Assembly: GCA_025201805.1 (NCBI GenBank)
Contig: MU619305.1
Location: forward strand, 65,839 to 129,838
Length of the DNA stretch: 64,000 bases
Origin: Parasitella parasitica NRRL 2501
Lineage: Eukaryota > Fungi > Mucoromycota
Direction of reading: 5' to 3'
Below the pieces are notes generated by a model. The model saw nothing but the letters and a program-made list of their open reading frames with translations, did not search any database and was not told the origin of the DNA. The translations under genes were made by a program, and so were the position numbers. Shown in pieces: positions 35,906 to 48,403 of this stretch. The first letter of the stretch is position 1. Every line of letters starts with the position of its first letter.

Positions 35906-38387
35906 TTATTTGAGCATGCCGCATTTCTTCATCTTCATGGCAAATTTAGGCGGCAGCTTTACCTTTTGTTTGTTGATGGTTGTGGTGGCTGTAGTCGAGT
36001 GGTTCACGTTGTTGATAATTGGAGCTACGGTTGTTGCTGCTGTTGGTGTATAGCCAATATCCAGCGTAATTGTGATCAAACTTTCACTAAGGTGGCTGTA
36101 ATCTTCCTTGATGATGGACACAACCTGATCAAGACGAACGAAATAAACGTCCGTAGCCAAGAACTTTTGCTTTTCACCATCTTTATTGCTGTATCCAACA
36201 CCACTGCAAATCATGGAGGACAAAGGAGACCAAAGCCTCTCTTTCTCTGTGTTTGATATCTGTCGACGCTGCAAATGAGGATACTGCCTGGTCAACTGGA
36301 AAGTGCTGATGCCTAGTAATAAGCTGATCTGCAAATCAACAACGAAAAAATGGTTGCTCTGGTCATTTAGTAACTGGATGGTATAAAGGGGAAGATATCG
36401 AGATGCGCAATGAATTGAAGGGTATAAAGCTTCGCTATTACTTAGTCGAATACTGTCTTCTTCCTCTTTTTTGACGACTTTTTGCCAATGTTCTGGTGGA
36501 GGAGTTGGTATCGGTGTGTGTGGTCCATCAGGCGGTACCTCATTTTTGACCAAGTGAGGTTTTAGGCTTTTCTTGGGCAAATGCTGCCCTGATAATTGTC
36601 TTGCATGAGCCTTTGCACTGCTCATATCAAATGTCCCAATAGGCGAAGTGGGTGATTCAGGCTGCTTACAAGTCTCTAAATTTGCAGCCAACACGAGCTT
36701 TCTCTTCTTGGGCTTTGGATCTAATCAGTACTAGGTTAAATGACATGTTTATGATAGGTTTTAATGTAATCTTACCTCTGTGTTTTCTTAATATGCTTTC
36801 AATTTCTGCATTTTCTGCTTCAATGGCAATTTCCAAGCTTGTTAAGCCTTTAGCGTTTTTGACAAGAGCATCAGCACCATAATCTAATAATAGCAAAACT
36901 ACATCCGCATATCCATTCTCGGTAGCGTCGTGCAGTGGTGTGTCGAGGTCAGCGCCTTTACAATTCACATCGGCGTTGCTATCTAACAAGAGCTGGACGA
37001 CTTTGGTTTTTCCTCGCAGTGCGGCTTCATGCAATGGCGTGTACCCTGCATTGTCCCTTTCACATGGATTTGCACCTGCCTTTAATAGTGACTCTACAGC
37101 CTGAGTGTTTCCTCTGATAGACCAGCGATGAAGGTGAGTACGGCCACTGGTATCTTTTTTGTGAGGGTCTAATTTACTGATATCGACGGTTGGTTTCTTT
37201 TGGTTATCTACAGAACATTCTCTTGAAGCTTGTTGAGATTGCCGTGATGGCAATTTTCTTTTTTTAGAGGTATTTTCAAAGGTGTCGTTATTATGTACAG
37301 GTGTAGTTGATCGATCTTGATCTTTTTGGCCTCGTTTGGCTTGCTTTTTTTGCTCTGCTTTTTCAAAAGCCTTCATAATGGCTTGTATTTTTCGCTCTTC
37401 ACGCGAAAGAAAAGCGTCGTCTTCATTTGCAGGAGCGATTGACGATATGCTTGTGCTTGGGTCGATTATCTTTCGCTTCTGCTTTGTATTTGACATGAAC
37501 GTGATCTCGTCTATGGCGTCCGTCGTTGCTCTTAGTCTACGCTCTTGGTCTATTTTAGCAGTGATAATTTGTCTGATGGCGATAGATTCAGATATTTGAT
37601 ATGGTGTTTGTCCATTCTTGTCTACAGCGTGAACATCGACGCCTGCATCTACCAAGTACTGTGCGATATCTTCATGTCCATATTTGCATGCGACATGGAG
37701 CGTTGTGAGCCCTTCATGTCCTGAACTGTTCATATCGACGCCATGTTGAATCAAAAGTTTAGTGATTTCCAAGTGGCCGTTTTGAGCAGCATAGTGCAAT
37801 GGTGTCCAGTTATCTTTGTCGACTGCGTTGGTGTTGACACCTTTGCTCAGCAGTAGCGTTACTTTGTCAATAGAGCCTTCGCTACAAGCTCGATGTAAAG
37901 CAGTTCGTCCACGATGATCTCGAGACGATAAGCGATCTAATTCTTTCATTTTTGCCTTGACGATCTTTATGCAGGCCTTATCATCACAAAGATCGATAGG
38001 TCTCTTTTTATCAGTGTTCAGCGCATATACATCAGCACCCGATTCGACCAATAGTTTGACACAATCAGCATATCCATAGGAACAAGCATCATGTAAAGGA
38101 GTATCGTCTTCAAAACCACGAACATTTATAATTGCGCCTGATTGAATGAGGTAATGTGCAATTTCGTATTGGCCTTTCAAAGCAGCTTCATGAAGTGGGG
38201 CCCAGCCAGCATTATCTCTGTGGTTTATATTTGCACCACGTTCGACAAGGTCCTTGACTTTGTCCAAGCTCCCTGAGCTAGTGAATGAAAAGATTTTTGT
38301 TCTTCCTGCTTTGTCGGTTTTGTTGGGGTCTTGACATGCAATTCTTCCTCTTGGTTTAGGCGCTTTTTTGCTCTTATCATGTGTCAT
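35906..38387 (-). CDS. Multi-block ankyrin-repeat nuclear protein (Hos4/ANKRD11-12-like), 2 exons
   Basis: Repeated DNAG.TPLHEAA and DTPLHDA ankyrin motifs in three blocks; basic NLS-like segments; distinct C-terminal globular domain. Confidence 0.8.
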
Positions 38388-39401
38388 TGTTGTTGTTGTT
38401 GTTGTTATTTATAACCAGGTTGATCCAATAGCGTCTGAATGAAGAAGATTTATGTTGATAAAAGTGGGAAAATTTTTTTTTCTTTTTTGCCCAGTTAATG
38501 AATTGTAGCATACACATTGAAAGAACTTGTACCTTATATTACTATATTTTCTTAGAAACAAAAGTTGGTATTTCGTCCAAAATATAAACAGATGAAATAT
38601 ATTTGTATTTAATCTGTGGTATTTAATATTTTAACTATTGTTAAAGTAGTAAATGTTAGTGCAATGTAAGAGAGGTCAATGCGGTTTTCGATTTACAGTT
38701 TTATATAAATATAAGCTGTATATTTGTATATCAAAAAATCATACACTCCAATACCTAAAAAAAAAAAAAAGAAAAACTCTACTACTTGAAACTATTACAA
38801 CAACAACAAAAAATTAGTATCAATTCAATGTTAAAAACTCTTTTCGAAGAACCAGATACCTTCTTTTTTGAGAGTGGAAAAGATTGTTATAAATCAAAGA
38901 ATTGATTCTGCAATCAATGAATAAAGCAGAGGGAGAATATATATGTATATATAAAAAGATTGGGTATAGTTTTAAATTGAAGAAAAAGGGAAAAGAGATG
39001 AAAAGAGCAGATGCTGAAGGACGAAAATTTAACTGCTGCTGCTGCATTACATTTCTACGTCATCAGTGTTTTGCCATCAATGCCGTTGCATCTATTGAGT
39101 GAATTAGCATCGTAACTACTGCATTTCATAATAAAAAAAACCCCAAAGGTCCAGCAAATGTATGCCTATTTGATCCAAAGTCATATGCAATCCTTTTACT
39201 GCGAGCTGTATCATGGCAATCGTACATTTAGGCTACTTTCTTGACAATACCACACAGAGTTACATGATCCGAAGACAGCACATCTGTCCGAGAAGGAAGC
39301 TATATGGACTGCTGAGTCCGGTATTATCAAACAAACCTGTCAGCCCCCAGCAAAACCCCTCACTTTTTGATAATTTCACTGAACATAAACTATCAAACAA
39401 C

Positions 39402-40103
39402 ATGAATTCCTTAAGGTTAAGCTCAGGAGCCAAATCCTTGAATAGATTATCCTTGTTCACGAGCAGACAATTTCACCAAGGTGCGCCCGTATTATCACAT
39501 ATTGGACGCCAGCCCATCCCATATGCCAATGACATCCGTATCGAACATGACATGACACCCATCACTGAGCCTCGTATTCCTTCTGAATTCAATAATACCA
39601 CGTTGACTGTATCTGGACCTCTTGGAAAATTGCACTTACCCATCAAGCCGTTTGTTAAGATTAATCTTATCCCTGCACCAAGAGATGATCCCAATGCTGA
39701 AAATATCTTACAAGTGTCAGTGCAAGATGATGGAATTAAGCAGCAAAAAGCCATGTGGGGAACCACTCGTGCTCTGATTAATAATGCCATTTTAGGCGTA
39801 TCTGATGGATACAAGGTTTATTTGCGTTTGGTTGGTGTTGGTTATAGAGGCATGCTCGAGAACAATGACAGAGTTTTATCGCTTAAACTGGGCTATTCTC
39901 ATCCTATTCAAATGGACCTACCTGAGGGCGTAACTTGCTCAGTTCCTGCTCCTAATCGCATTATATTACGAGGAATCAATCTTCAGCATGTTACAGAATT
40001 CGCTGCAAAAGTTCAACGTTGGAGAATGCCAGAACCTTATAATCAAAAGGGCATTTTCATCAATGATGAAACTATCAAAAAGAAGGAAGGAAAAAAGAAG
40101 TAG
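39402..40103 (+). CDS. MRPL6: Mitochondrial ribosomal protein uL6m
   Basis: Presequence then SHIGRQPI, WGTTRALINN, LVGVGYR, LKLGYSHP, PEPYNQKGI. Confidence 0.93.
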   Translation: MNSLRLSSGAKSLNRLSLFTSRQFHQGAPVLSHIGRQPIPYANDIRIEHDMTPITEPRIPSEFNNTTLTVSGPLGKLHLPIKPFVKINLIPAPRDDPNAENILQVSVQDDGIKQQKAMWGTTRALINNAILGVSDGYKVYLRLVGVGYRGMLENNDRVLSLKLGYSHPIQMDLPEGVTCSVPAPNRIILRGINLQHVTEFAAKVQRWRMPEPYNQKGIFINDETIKKKEGKKK

Positions 40104-40216
40104 ATTTGTATGTAAATCTACACATATACATACATCAAGCCCCCTTTTTTTTTAGACTAAAACATCATAATAAAATGAAGAAAAAATCTTATATTATTGT
40201 ATATATGCAAATCATT

Positions 40217-41788
40217 TTATTTTGAGGCAACATAAGCCATGTTTCTTGGGGATACGGACTGTTCAAATAATGGATACATGTATACTCCCTTGCTGTGGCA
40301 TTGACTCTGCTTGGTAGAATCTCTGAGATATAGCCATCTGTCGACCAAGATGATGCTCTCAACAACCGGCGCCAATAAGCATCGTAATGTCCACAAGGTT
40401 ACAAATTGCTTGTCTACTTGCTTTTCCTTGGATTTTAGGTAATGTAGCTCTGCTTCTTCTGATGAGATGGTATCTTCTGGTAAGCCTAGTCTCTTGATCG
40501 ATGCTTTAACAAATGGAACAAATGCCTTGTTCTGTTTGATACGTCCCAGTCTCGGTGGCTCATTTATATCAGACATACCTTTCTCTACCAACAGCTCCTA
40601 ACGTAACATTTAGAAAGTTAAAGGACCCAACCCTAACCCTAACGCAAATTTAAGAAACGTATCATACCTGTAACAGTGCTCTGAAGTAGTAATTGTCAAA
40701 TGCTTTAATACATTGCTCCCCTTCATCGACCCAGCGAGATGGTGAATGGCAAGCCAAAACTTGAGCGGTGGACCCAATCTTGATCAAATCATCCTTTTCT
40801 TTTAAATACTCGCTCATAGGGAACCCTGTTGCCGTGAGAGCGTTGTAACAACATCCTACATTTACTACGCAGGAAACCTCTCGGCTTTTAGCAAACAGAT
40901 TGAATATCATGGGAGACAGATCACCGCATGTGTGTAATCCAGTAACAAGCCATTTTTTATCCCGAGTGGAGTCGGGGCTCCACTTTCCCAATACCTGAGA
41001 AACATTTTCAGGCGTGATTTTTTCAGTTACATGCTTTAGATTTGGTTGCTGTTCCTTGTCCTCGTTCTTCGCGCCTTGCGATTTCAATGCTTTCTTGTCA
41101 AATTTGACAGCACCTTGTGTTTGTATTTCAGACATGTCAACAGCCAAAACTTCCATCCCATAGTCAAATGCTAAAGCTCGAGACAAGTATCCCTGCCCTG
41201 ATCCAAGATCGATAACTGAATTGATGCCTCTCTCGTCCGCCACATTTTTAATCAACTGGCTCATAAACTTTACTTCGTGGATCTTTTTGTCGTTCATGCC
41301 GCCCAGAATATGTTTGCTAACATTCTGTTGTTGCTGCAAAGTGGCTTCATCAACATCTATAGTCACCTGTTGGCTATCTAAATCAAGCAAGCTCGCGATA
41401 ATTCATACCTCTGGGCAAAGCTAAATCTCTAGCTGTTTCCAAATAGTTTTTCAATGATTCAGGCCAAATTGACTTATGTGGAACACCATTTATTAGTTTA
41501 ACAAGCACAATCAGCTTAGCTATAACTTACATAATCACTCTTTTTAGAAGTCAAATCTAATACAGCATATGCCCAATTATCCCCTGCCTCTTCTATTCGC
41601 CTCATGAGTGCTTCTCTCCACTCTAATGGAAATTTTTCCCATTCTTTGCGAGTTACAAAGTTAAAGGCCAAGACGTGAATCAACCAATGGTATTCCTTAT
41701 AGAAGCTCATGAGCCTTTCCAAATATTGCTCAGGGGTATCGTTGCTATATTTTGGAGGTAATGGTAGCGGAATTCTAGAGGCGAGCAT
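40217..41788 (-). CDS. METTL25/RRNAD1-like methyltransferase (Methyltransf_32)
   Basis: GMNDKKIHEV, VIDLGSGQGYLSRALA, GLHTCGDLS, VGCCYN, LAPVVESIILVDR, PLFEQSVSPRN. Confidence 0.88.
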
Positions 41789-43620
41789 AATATTATATTG
41801 AAAAGACACAAGTGAAAAAGGGAGAATTTTTCCAGCATCTACCTTTATTTTGGCTGAATTACAATTGAAGATACAATGCCTCCAGTATCTCCAGGGCCAA
41901 ACGGCGCTTGTGTATACGGAGGTAGATAGATATGCTGCTGTTTAAGTTTCTTTAGCCGTATGAGTTGGTGCATTGTCCAGAACAATGTAAGATCTTTTCA
42001 TCTGAGGAAATTGGACCCATGCAGTACATTAGTAAAAAAAAAAAAAAAAAAGTCAATCAAATAACTGGATACAGAAAAAAAGTGAATGTAGGGACTCAGT
42101 AATATGTCAATTGCATTTGCTTACCACCAAAAATTGCTACCACTCTTTACCGCCAAAGCCGTCTTCTGTGAAAAGTTTACACTCATTATTACTGCGAATG
42201 TGATGAGACAAGGGAAAAGGTCTTGGTTTGACTTTTTGCTTGTTTATTAAATATAAACGTAATTCGAGATTGCCAAATGAGCAATTTGGATTAATCAACA
42301 GCGCAAATTGGGTTCTGTCAAAAAGCATCAATTGAGAAGTTCGAAAGCGCAAGGTGTTTTTAAAAAAAAAAAGCCATTTGGCATTGGAGGCGCTGGGTGT
42401 GTAGACAGCTATTAGAGATGCATACCACCTTTGTGTCATCAATTTGACCCTCATGTCATTGAGATGTAAGACAGTTACGTAAATACTCAAACACTCCATT
42501 TCGACTGTATAAGAGATAGATACTATTCAGCAGTTTTGGCAGAATTTTTAGACGGGAACTATATGAAACAGCAAAAAAATCAAATATAACGATATTGCAC
42601 AGGGCTATACAATAAAATAAAAAAATACGCACGTTGTAAAGCATGACTTTTTCCTGCAAATGTAAAAGAGAAATGCTGGGCGCCAAGATGCAATTGCCTC
42701 CATCAATCATGAATCATCATGATCGGTTCTTTTATTATGTATGCATATGATGATGTTGTGTACGCATAAGCCAGTTTGTATCATGGTAATAAGGTTTCTT
42801 GGGAGGAAGGTGAATTTTGTCCGTGTACTGTATAATGAAAAGATAAACTGGGTAAAATGTCTTTATATAGACGCATGTCCAAATCCCTCGATTAATGGGC
42901 ATTGGCCATTCAAAAAGACACTTGATTTCTGTCCAAGGCGTTTTCTGACTTTATGCAAAAAAGACATTTTTGAGATATTCCATTAGTTGGCACTTGTATA
43001 ATATCGCCAACAAAAGGGCCAGAGATGTTTGAATACCAAGACCTCATAAATATATAATTTCAATAAAGGAAATATAGGTATCACAATAAATCCAGGAAGT
43101 AAAGAGATTGGCCATGTGTCCTCTCAATCTGAGGATTACGAATGAAAGTATCATGAAACACGCCATAAAATAACACTTATTAAACGTAAATTCTGGACCG
43201 CAAAGTGTTGATTATACATTTAACGGATAAATAATTCATCATATCTTTCTGTGCAACCCTTGTACGCTCTTCTATCCATTAAACAGTAATCTAGGAGAAC
43301 TGTTGTCAAATCAACAGGAAGCTTAGTAGTAAAAATACGGGCCTCATAAACAGCCGATAACTTTTTGTAATACCTGAAAAAAATAAGACTTGATTAATAA
43401 TAACAATTAATTTTTTATTAGCATGCAAATAAACATGGTTATATTAGTATTATTATGGATTAAACAGTAGAAGGAACGAAAGGAAAATGAAATAACAAAG
43501 AGGAAAGAATAGACAGGTACGAGTGAGATTTGGTGTACAAATTAGAAGGTATGCAAAATAATACACTTTGTATATTGAGATCCTTCCTGGAAAGGGAGAG
43601 GGATCGCCAGAGACAGATAG

Positions 43621-43680
43621 AAGAGAGAGTAAGAGAGAGTAAGACAGAGTAAGAGAGAATAAGAGAGGGTAAGAGCGAGA
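43621..43680. repeat. Imperfect 10-bp tandem repeat (AAGAGAGAGT)x6 downstream of LCB2
   Basis: aagagagagt aagagagagt aagacagagt aagagagaat aagagagggt aagagcgaga. Confidence 0.85.
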
Positions 43681-43773
43681 GAAAGATAGCAAGCAAGGGG
43701 TTTCGTTGCTCACTATACTACATGCAGGAGGCGGGAGATATTGGTAAAGATACGTCGGAAAGCGAGCATTCTA

Positions 43774-45631
43774 TTATTTGGGAACTTCACTAACTTTGAG
43801 AAGTAAAGTATCGCCAACTTCGCTGATGGCTTCTAAGGTTCTATCAATATCTTCCTTGGTATGAGCAGAGGACAAACAAAAACGAGCACGAGAAGTAATA
43901 ATAGGAGTAGCAGGATATCCAACAACTACTGTCGCAATACCACGCTTTAGCAACTCACGAGAAAAGGCGGGAATCTTTGCAGGGTTAAAAAGCAAGAGGG
44001 GGATGACAGGACTTCCTTGATCACCGTAAACGATGAAGCCCATCTCTCTCAAGCGTTCGATAAAGTAAAGAGAGTTTTCAGCTAACTGCTTAATCTTCTT
44101 ACGACCGATGTCAGTACCATCTTCGCCGCAAATAATCTTCATGGAAGTGATGACTTGTTGAGCAACAGGGACAGAAATAGATTCAGCATAGTTGTAAGCA
44201 TGATTGCGCAAACGCAAATGGTCAATGATAGCTTTATCACCAGCGATGTAACCACCAGCAGCACCAAAAGATTTCGTAAATGTGCCCATAAGAAGATCAA
44301 CCTCTGCAGGGTCAATGCCGTAGAAATCGCACACACCGCCGCCATTTTCGCCAAGGGCTCCAATCGAATGAGCCTCATCGACATACAAATAAAACTATTG
44401 AGAAGGTTAGTAAATAAGGAATAAGTTATATGCACAACTGCATGCGTGCAATTCTCCTCTTTTGAAGCTGTACCTTGAATTCTTTCTTCAGTTCAATAAG
44501 CTCAGGAAGATTCACAATAGTGCCCTCCATAGAGTAAAGGCCTTCAACAATAATCAAAATTTTTTTCCAAGGACGATGAGTGCGTGGTTGGCCTTGAGAG
44601 ATAACCTCACGTAACAATTCACGAAGATCGTCCATGTTGTTGTGTTTAAAGACACGAACAGAAGCACCAGAAAGACGAACACCGAAAACGATAGATGAAT
44701 GATTCAGTTCGTCAGAAATAACTAAGCAGCCTTTGCTTACAAGAGCTGGGATAGTAGTAGAGTTGGTAGCAAAACCCATACTGACACACATAGCATCTTC
44801 TTTACCAACAAAACGAGCAACCATTTGTTCCAATTCTTGAACATGCTTGGTGGTACCAACTTCAGCTCTGGGACTAGCAGCAGTTAGACCTAGCTCTTGA
44901 GTAGCTTGTTCAACAGCATCAGCACAAGGGCCAACATTATCAGAGAAGCCCAAATAATTGTAAGATGCGAAATTGAGAGCTTCAGTTGTTGTACCAGTTA
45001 GTCTGAAACTTTTGTTGAAATCAGGAGTGACACGATCAAGCAACTTTACGGTTCTTGAGGCTACACCAGTGATGGGACGGTTGAAACAATCACTGCAAAA
45101 GAAAAAGAAAAAAAAATGAATATATAGAATGTTAGCATCATTCACGGTGAAACCCATACCGAATTCTAACATAAAGACGTCGAGTATAAAAAGAATCAAA
45201 GTCAGAGACAAGAGGAGCATAACCCTACATGCGAATATTCAATATACAAGCATGGGCAATAAACCACAAACAAGAGCAATTACCTGGCTCATCTTCAAAT
45301 GAGTGTAAGCTTGGGGTTTGAACATTTTACCAAGAATATCTCTTAAATGACCAAACAGAATCAGTACAAAGTAATTGAGATAAGTACAGACGAGAACATA
45401 GAGAGGAGCTGCTTCCATCTTGTGCTCCAAGTCGTCGTATTTCATCTTGGGTTTGCGAGGGGGCTGCCATCTCTCAGAAGTGTTGGTGACAAAATTTGTT
45501 TGTTCTGAGGTTGATTTTGAAAGGGTACCGATAAAATTGGAGGGAGCATACGAGTGATCTGAGGACGATTTGGGTGTACTCAAATTGATGCTAGGAATGC
45601 TAATAGTATGAGCTCTCTTTCCTTTACCCAT
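43774..45631 (-). CDS. LCB2: Serine palmitoyltransferase catalytic subunit Lcb2
   Basis: [40 protein letters not shown]-lysine motif [17 protein letters not shown]. Confidence 0.95.
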
Positions 45632-45865
45632 TGTGTGCGATAACTAAACGTATGTAGATTTTATGGAGAAAAGAAAGAAGAAGAAATTTCAAATACTTTT
45701 TGTGTCATATATTTATATTGTTTTTCCATTAGCAACTCAGTGGGTCATTCTAACTGGTAGCCTCTTTATTGTGGTTTCAACAAGCGATAACTCTCAAACA
45801 TTTGGAACAGACGTGATAATTGTCAATACTGTCATTTCATTTATCCCGCAAGGTTATAGATCATT

Positions 45866-46299
45866 CTAAATGACTTTATTTCGAAGTTCAACTACCTTTT
45901 CGTATAGCTCCATATCAATTGTGTTCACACATCGAATAATCCTTGCTTGAAGTACTGTCGAGCCATTGGCCACCTACGTTGGAATTAAGGCATGCAATCT
46001 AAGCAGCAAACTATTTTACCTCCATAATCTCTCCTATACACTGGACAAGGTCTCCTTTTTGTGCTATTATTTGATCCACTTGACTTAAGTTTATTATCGC
46101 TTCCACATCGTTGTATCGAAGTGTCGCTGTGTTTTTAGATTCGTCATATACCTCCCATCTATACAATGAGAAATGAGGATTGCGGCTTTTTTTATACGTC
46201 ATCTTGACTTTACAATCCTGTAATTCGAACAGAGTCTCCTTCTCGATAATTTTTCAAATCTTTAAACAAAACTAATCTTGCAGATGGTACGTTGGACAT
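45866..46299 (-). CDS. TEN1: Ten1, small OB-fold subunit of the CST telomere complex, 3 exons
   Basis: MSNVPSARLVLF..GDSVRITGLWEVYD..ATL..GDLVQCIGE..VLQARIIRCVNTIDMELYEKVVELR, which matches the animal/plant Ten1 pattern. Confidence 0.75.
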
Positions 46300-46467
46300 A
46301 ATTACAACTCGTATATCTTGACAAACCAAAGAGCATATCATCTCTGCAGACATCTGTTTAGAAAATTTCAATAGACTCCATGTGACAGGGTTTTGAATGA
46401 GATTTGCCTTCACGTTCTGTCCTAATTTGGTTTATCTCTCTTTACATTATTTACATCAGACCACAAT

Positions 46468-47648
46468 ATGTGTAGTCCAAAAGTAATGGCCTCTACGCTA
46501 AAGGCAAAAGGTTTCGGAGACCACAATATACTTGGCGGATTCGATGATAATTATTCCTTCCCGAGACAGCTCATTCCGGAGACTTTGAGAGGTAAACCAC
46601 TTACACTGTTGCCATAGAAATAACAGAGCTGATTACTAATTGCGAAGGTAATCACAGATGATAGTAAAATACCACTTGTCATTGTCGCATGTGGATCATA
46701 TTCTCCCATAACATATCTACATTTACGGATGTTTGGTAAGATCGAATGGGAATACAACCCAGGAAATTGGAGATTTATTTTGTGAATCTTAGAAATGGCA
46801 AAAGGTCATTTCAACGAGCGTAATGGATACGAACTTATTGCGGGATACTATTCGCCTGTATCAGATGCTTACATGAAAGAAGGATTAGCAAAAGCTAGCC
46901 ATAGAGTGAATATGTGCCAGTTGGCAGTGGACAGCACATCAGATTGGTTAATGGTAGACTCTTGGGAATCAAGACAGCCAATGTATCAAAGAACTGCTTT
47001 TGTTTTGGATCATTTTAACCATGAATTGAATATTATTGGAGGCGGTATTAAAACTAATACAGGTAGAAAATATCGAAAACCAGCAGATACAAGTTGTTTA
47101 ACAGAGTTGTATACAGGCCAAGTAAAAGAGATCAAAATAATGCTATTAGCTGGTGGTGATTTAATGGCTTCATTTGGGCATCCTGGTGTCTGGACACCAG
47201 AAGATGTAAGTTACAATGTTTATACACTACACATATAGTGAGTCATCTTCTGATTTCCATTCTTTAGCTTCATCAGATTGTGGGTAAATATGGCTGTGTG
47301 ATTATCGAAAGAACCGGAACAGATGTGTACGGATTTTTACTTTCGCATGATATTTTATATCAACATAGAGTACGTTTAGACTAATTTGGATGAGAAGGAA
47401 ACAGACCAAGTGCTGAAACCCTAATTATTTTATAGATGAATGTTATTATTATCAAACAGTTAATACATAACGATATCAGCTCAACAAAAATTAGGTATAG
47501 TTAAAATTTACTGAATGAAATGAAATTTAATGAAGTGTCTGGTAGATTATTTGTGAAAAGAGGCATGTCTATCAAATATCTACTTCCTAACCCCGTCATA
47601 GACTATATTTCAGCTCATAGATTGTATTTACCTCAGCCTGATTTATAA
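46468..47648 (+). CDS. NMA1: Nicotinamide/nicotinate mononucleotide adenylyltransferase
   Basis: VACGSYSPITYLHLRMFE, SPVSDAY.KEGL....HRV.MC, LLAGGDL..SF..PGVW, NDISSTKIR, SIKYLLP. Confidence 0.93.
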
Positions 47649-48372
47649 ATCAACGCAAAATTTTGTATCATAAACCTTATTAGTTTTCTTTTCTCACTTT
47701 GATAATCATTTCCTAATTCTTATTTTTCGTATCGATTATTCTAGATTCGTGACATTCCCCACATAAAAAGATTACTTATATTTCTAAATGGTAAATCGCT
47801 GTCAATGAACAATATGAATGATATGCCTTGCATAAAAATGAAGTAGAGAGGAAAATCAAATAATAATTTTGCTGCCTCGCCGCAACAGTTGTTATTGATG
47901 AAGTTGCATTATGTGATGTAGTAACCTGAAATGCTTTATGAGCTCTAAACTACCTATTGGGAATTACAGATGACATCAAATAAGAAAAAGGCGTTGTTAA
48001 ATGATTTGCATCGTTTTGCATTCATCACAATACAGCACTCAAAAATAAAAGAGACCCACCCTCGTTTTCATATATTTCATCAATCAAGAACAGTTTCGTT
48101 ATATTAACATGTTGTGCCAGATCTTGAAAAATGTGACATGAATGGTTCCTGAGTATTTTGAAACTCGATAAACCGTTTCTGAAATAGTCTAAGACTACTG
48201 TATAGTAATATTAAATAATGAATTCTAGCTTTATATATATGCTATTACTGTAGTTACTGTGGATAAATACCTAAGCTAATAAATTCCTACCATTAGGAGC
48301 ATAGTTTTTAATATACATAGTAGGAATACATAACCAAAACAGGATGTCCAGTCAGTGACAATAAATATGAAA

Positions 48373-48403
48373 CGAGCTTCGCACGCGGGGTCCTATTAAT
48401 AGT
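48373..48403 (+). mobile_element. Possible orphan Helitron 3' terminus
   Basis: GC-rich hairpin cgagc-ttc-gcacg (1 mismatch) in AT-rich DNA, followed by cggggtcctattaATAG|T (CTAG-like). Confidence 0.35.

Noticed and set aside
39213-39401. 63-codon in-frame extension upstream of MRPL6
   Set aside because: The ATG at 39402 has a good context and directly begins a typical mitochondrial presequence; the upstream part looks like chance open promoter/UTR sequence.
40629-40643. Telomere-like AACCCTAACCCTAAC in a METTL25 intron, 5 kb from TEN1
   Set aside because: Only about 2.5 units, short enough to be chance; the telomere repeat of this species is unknown.
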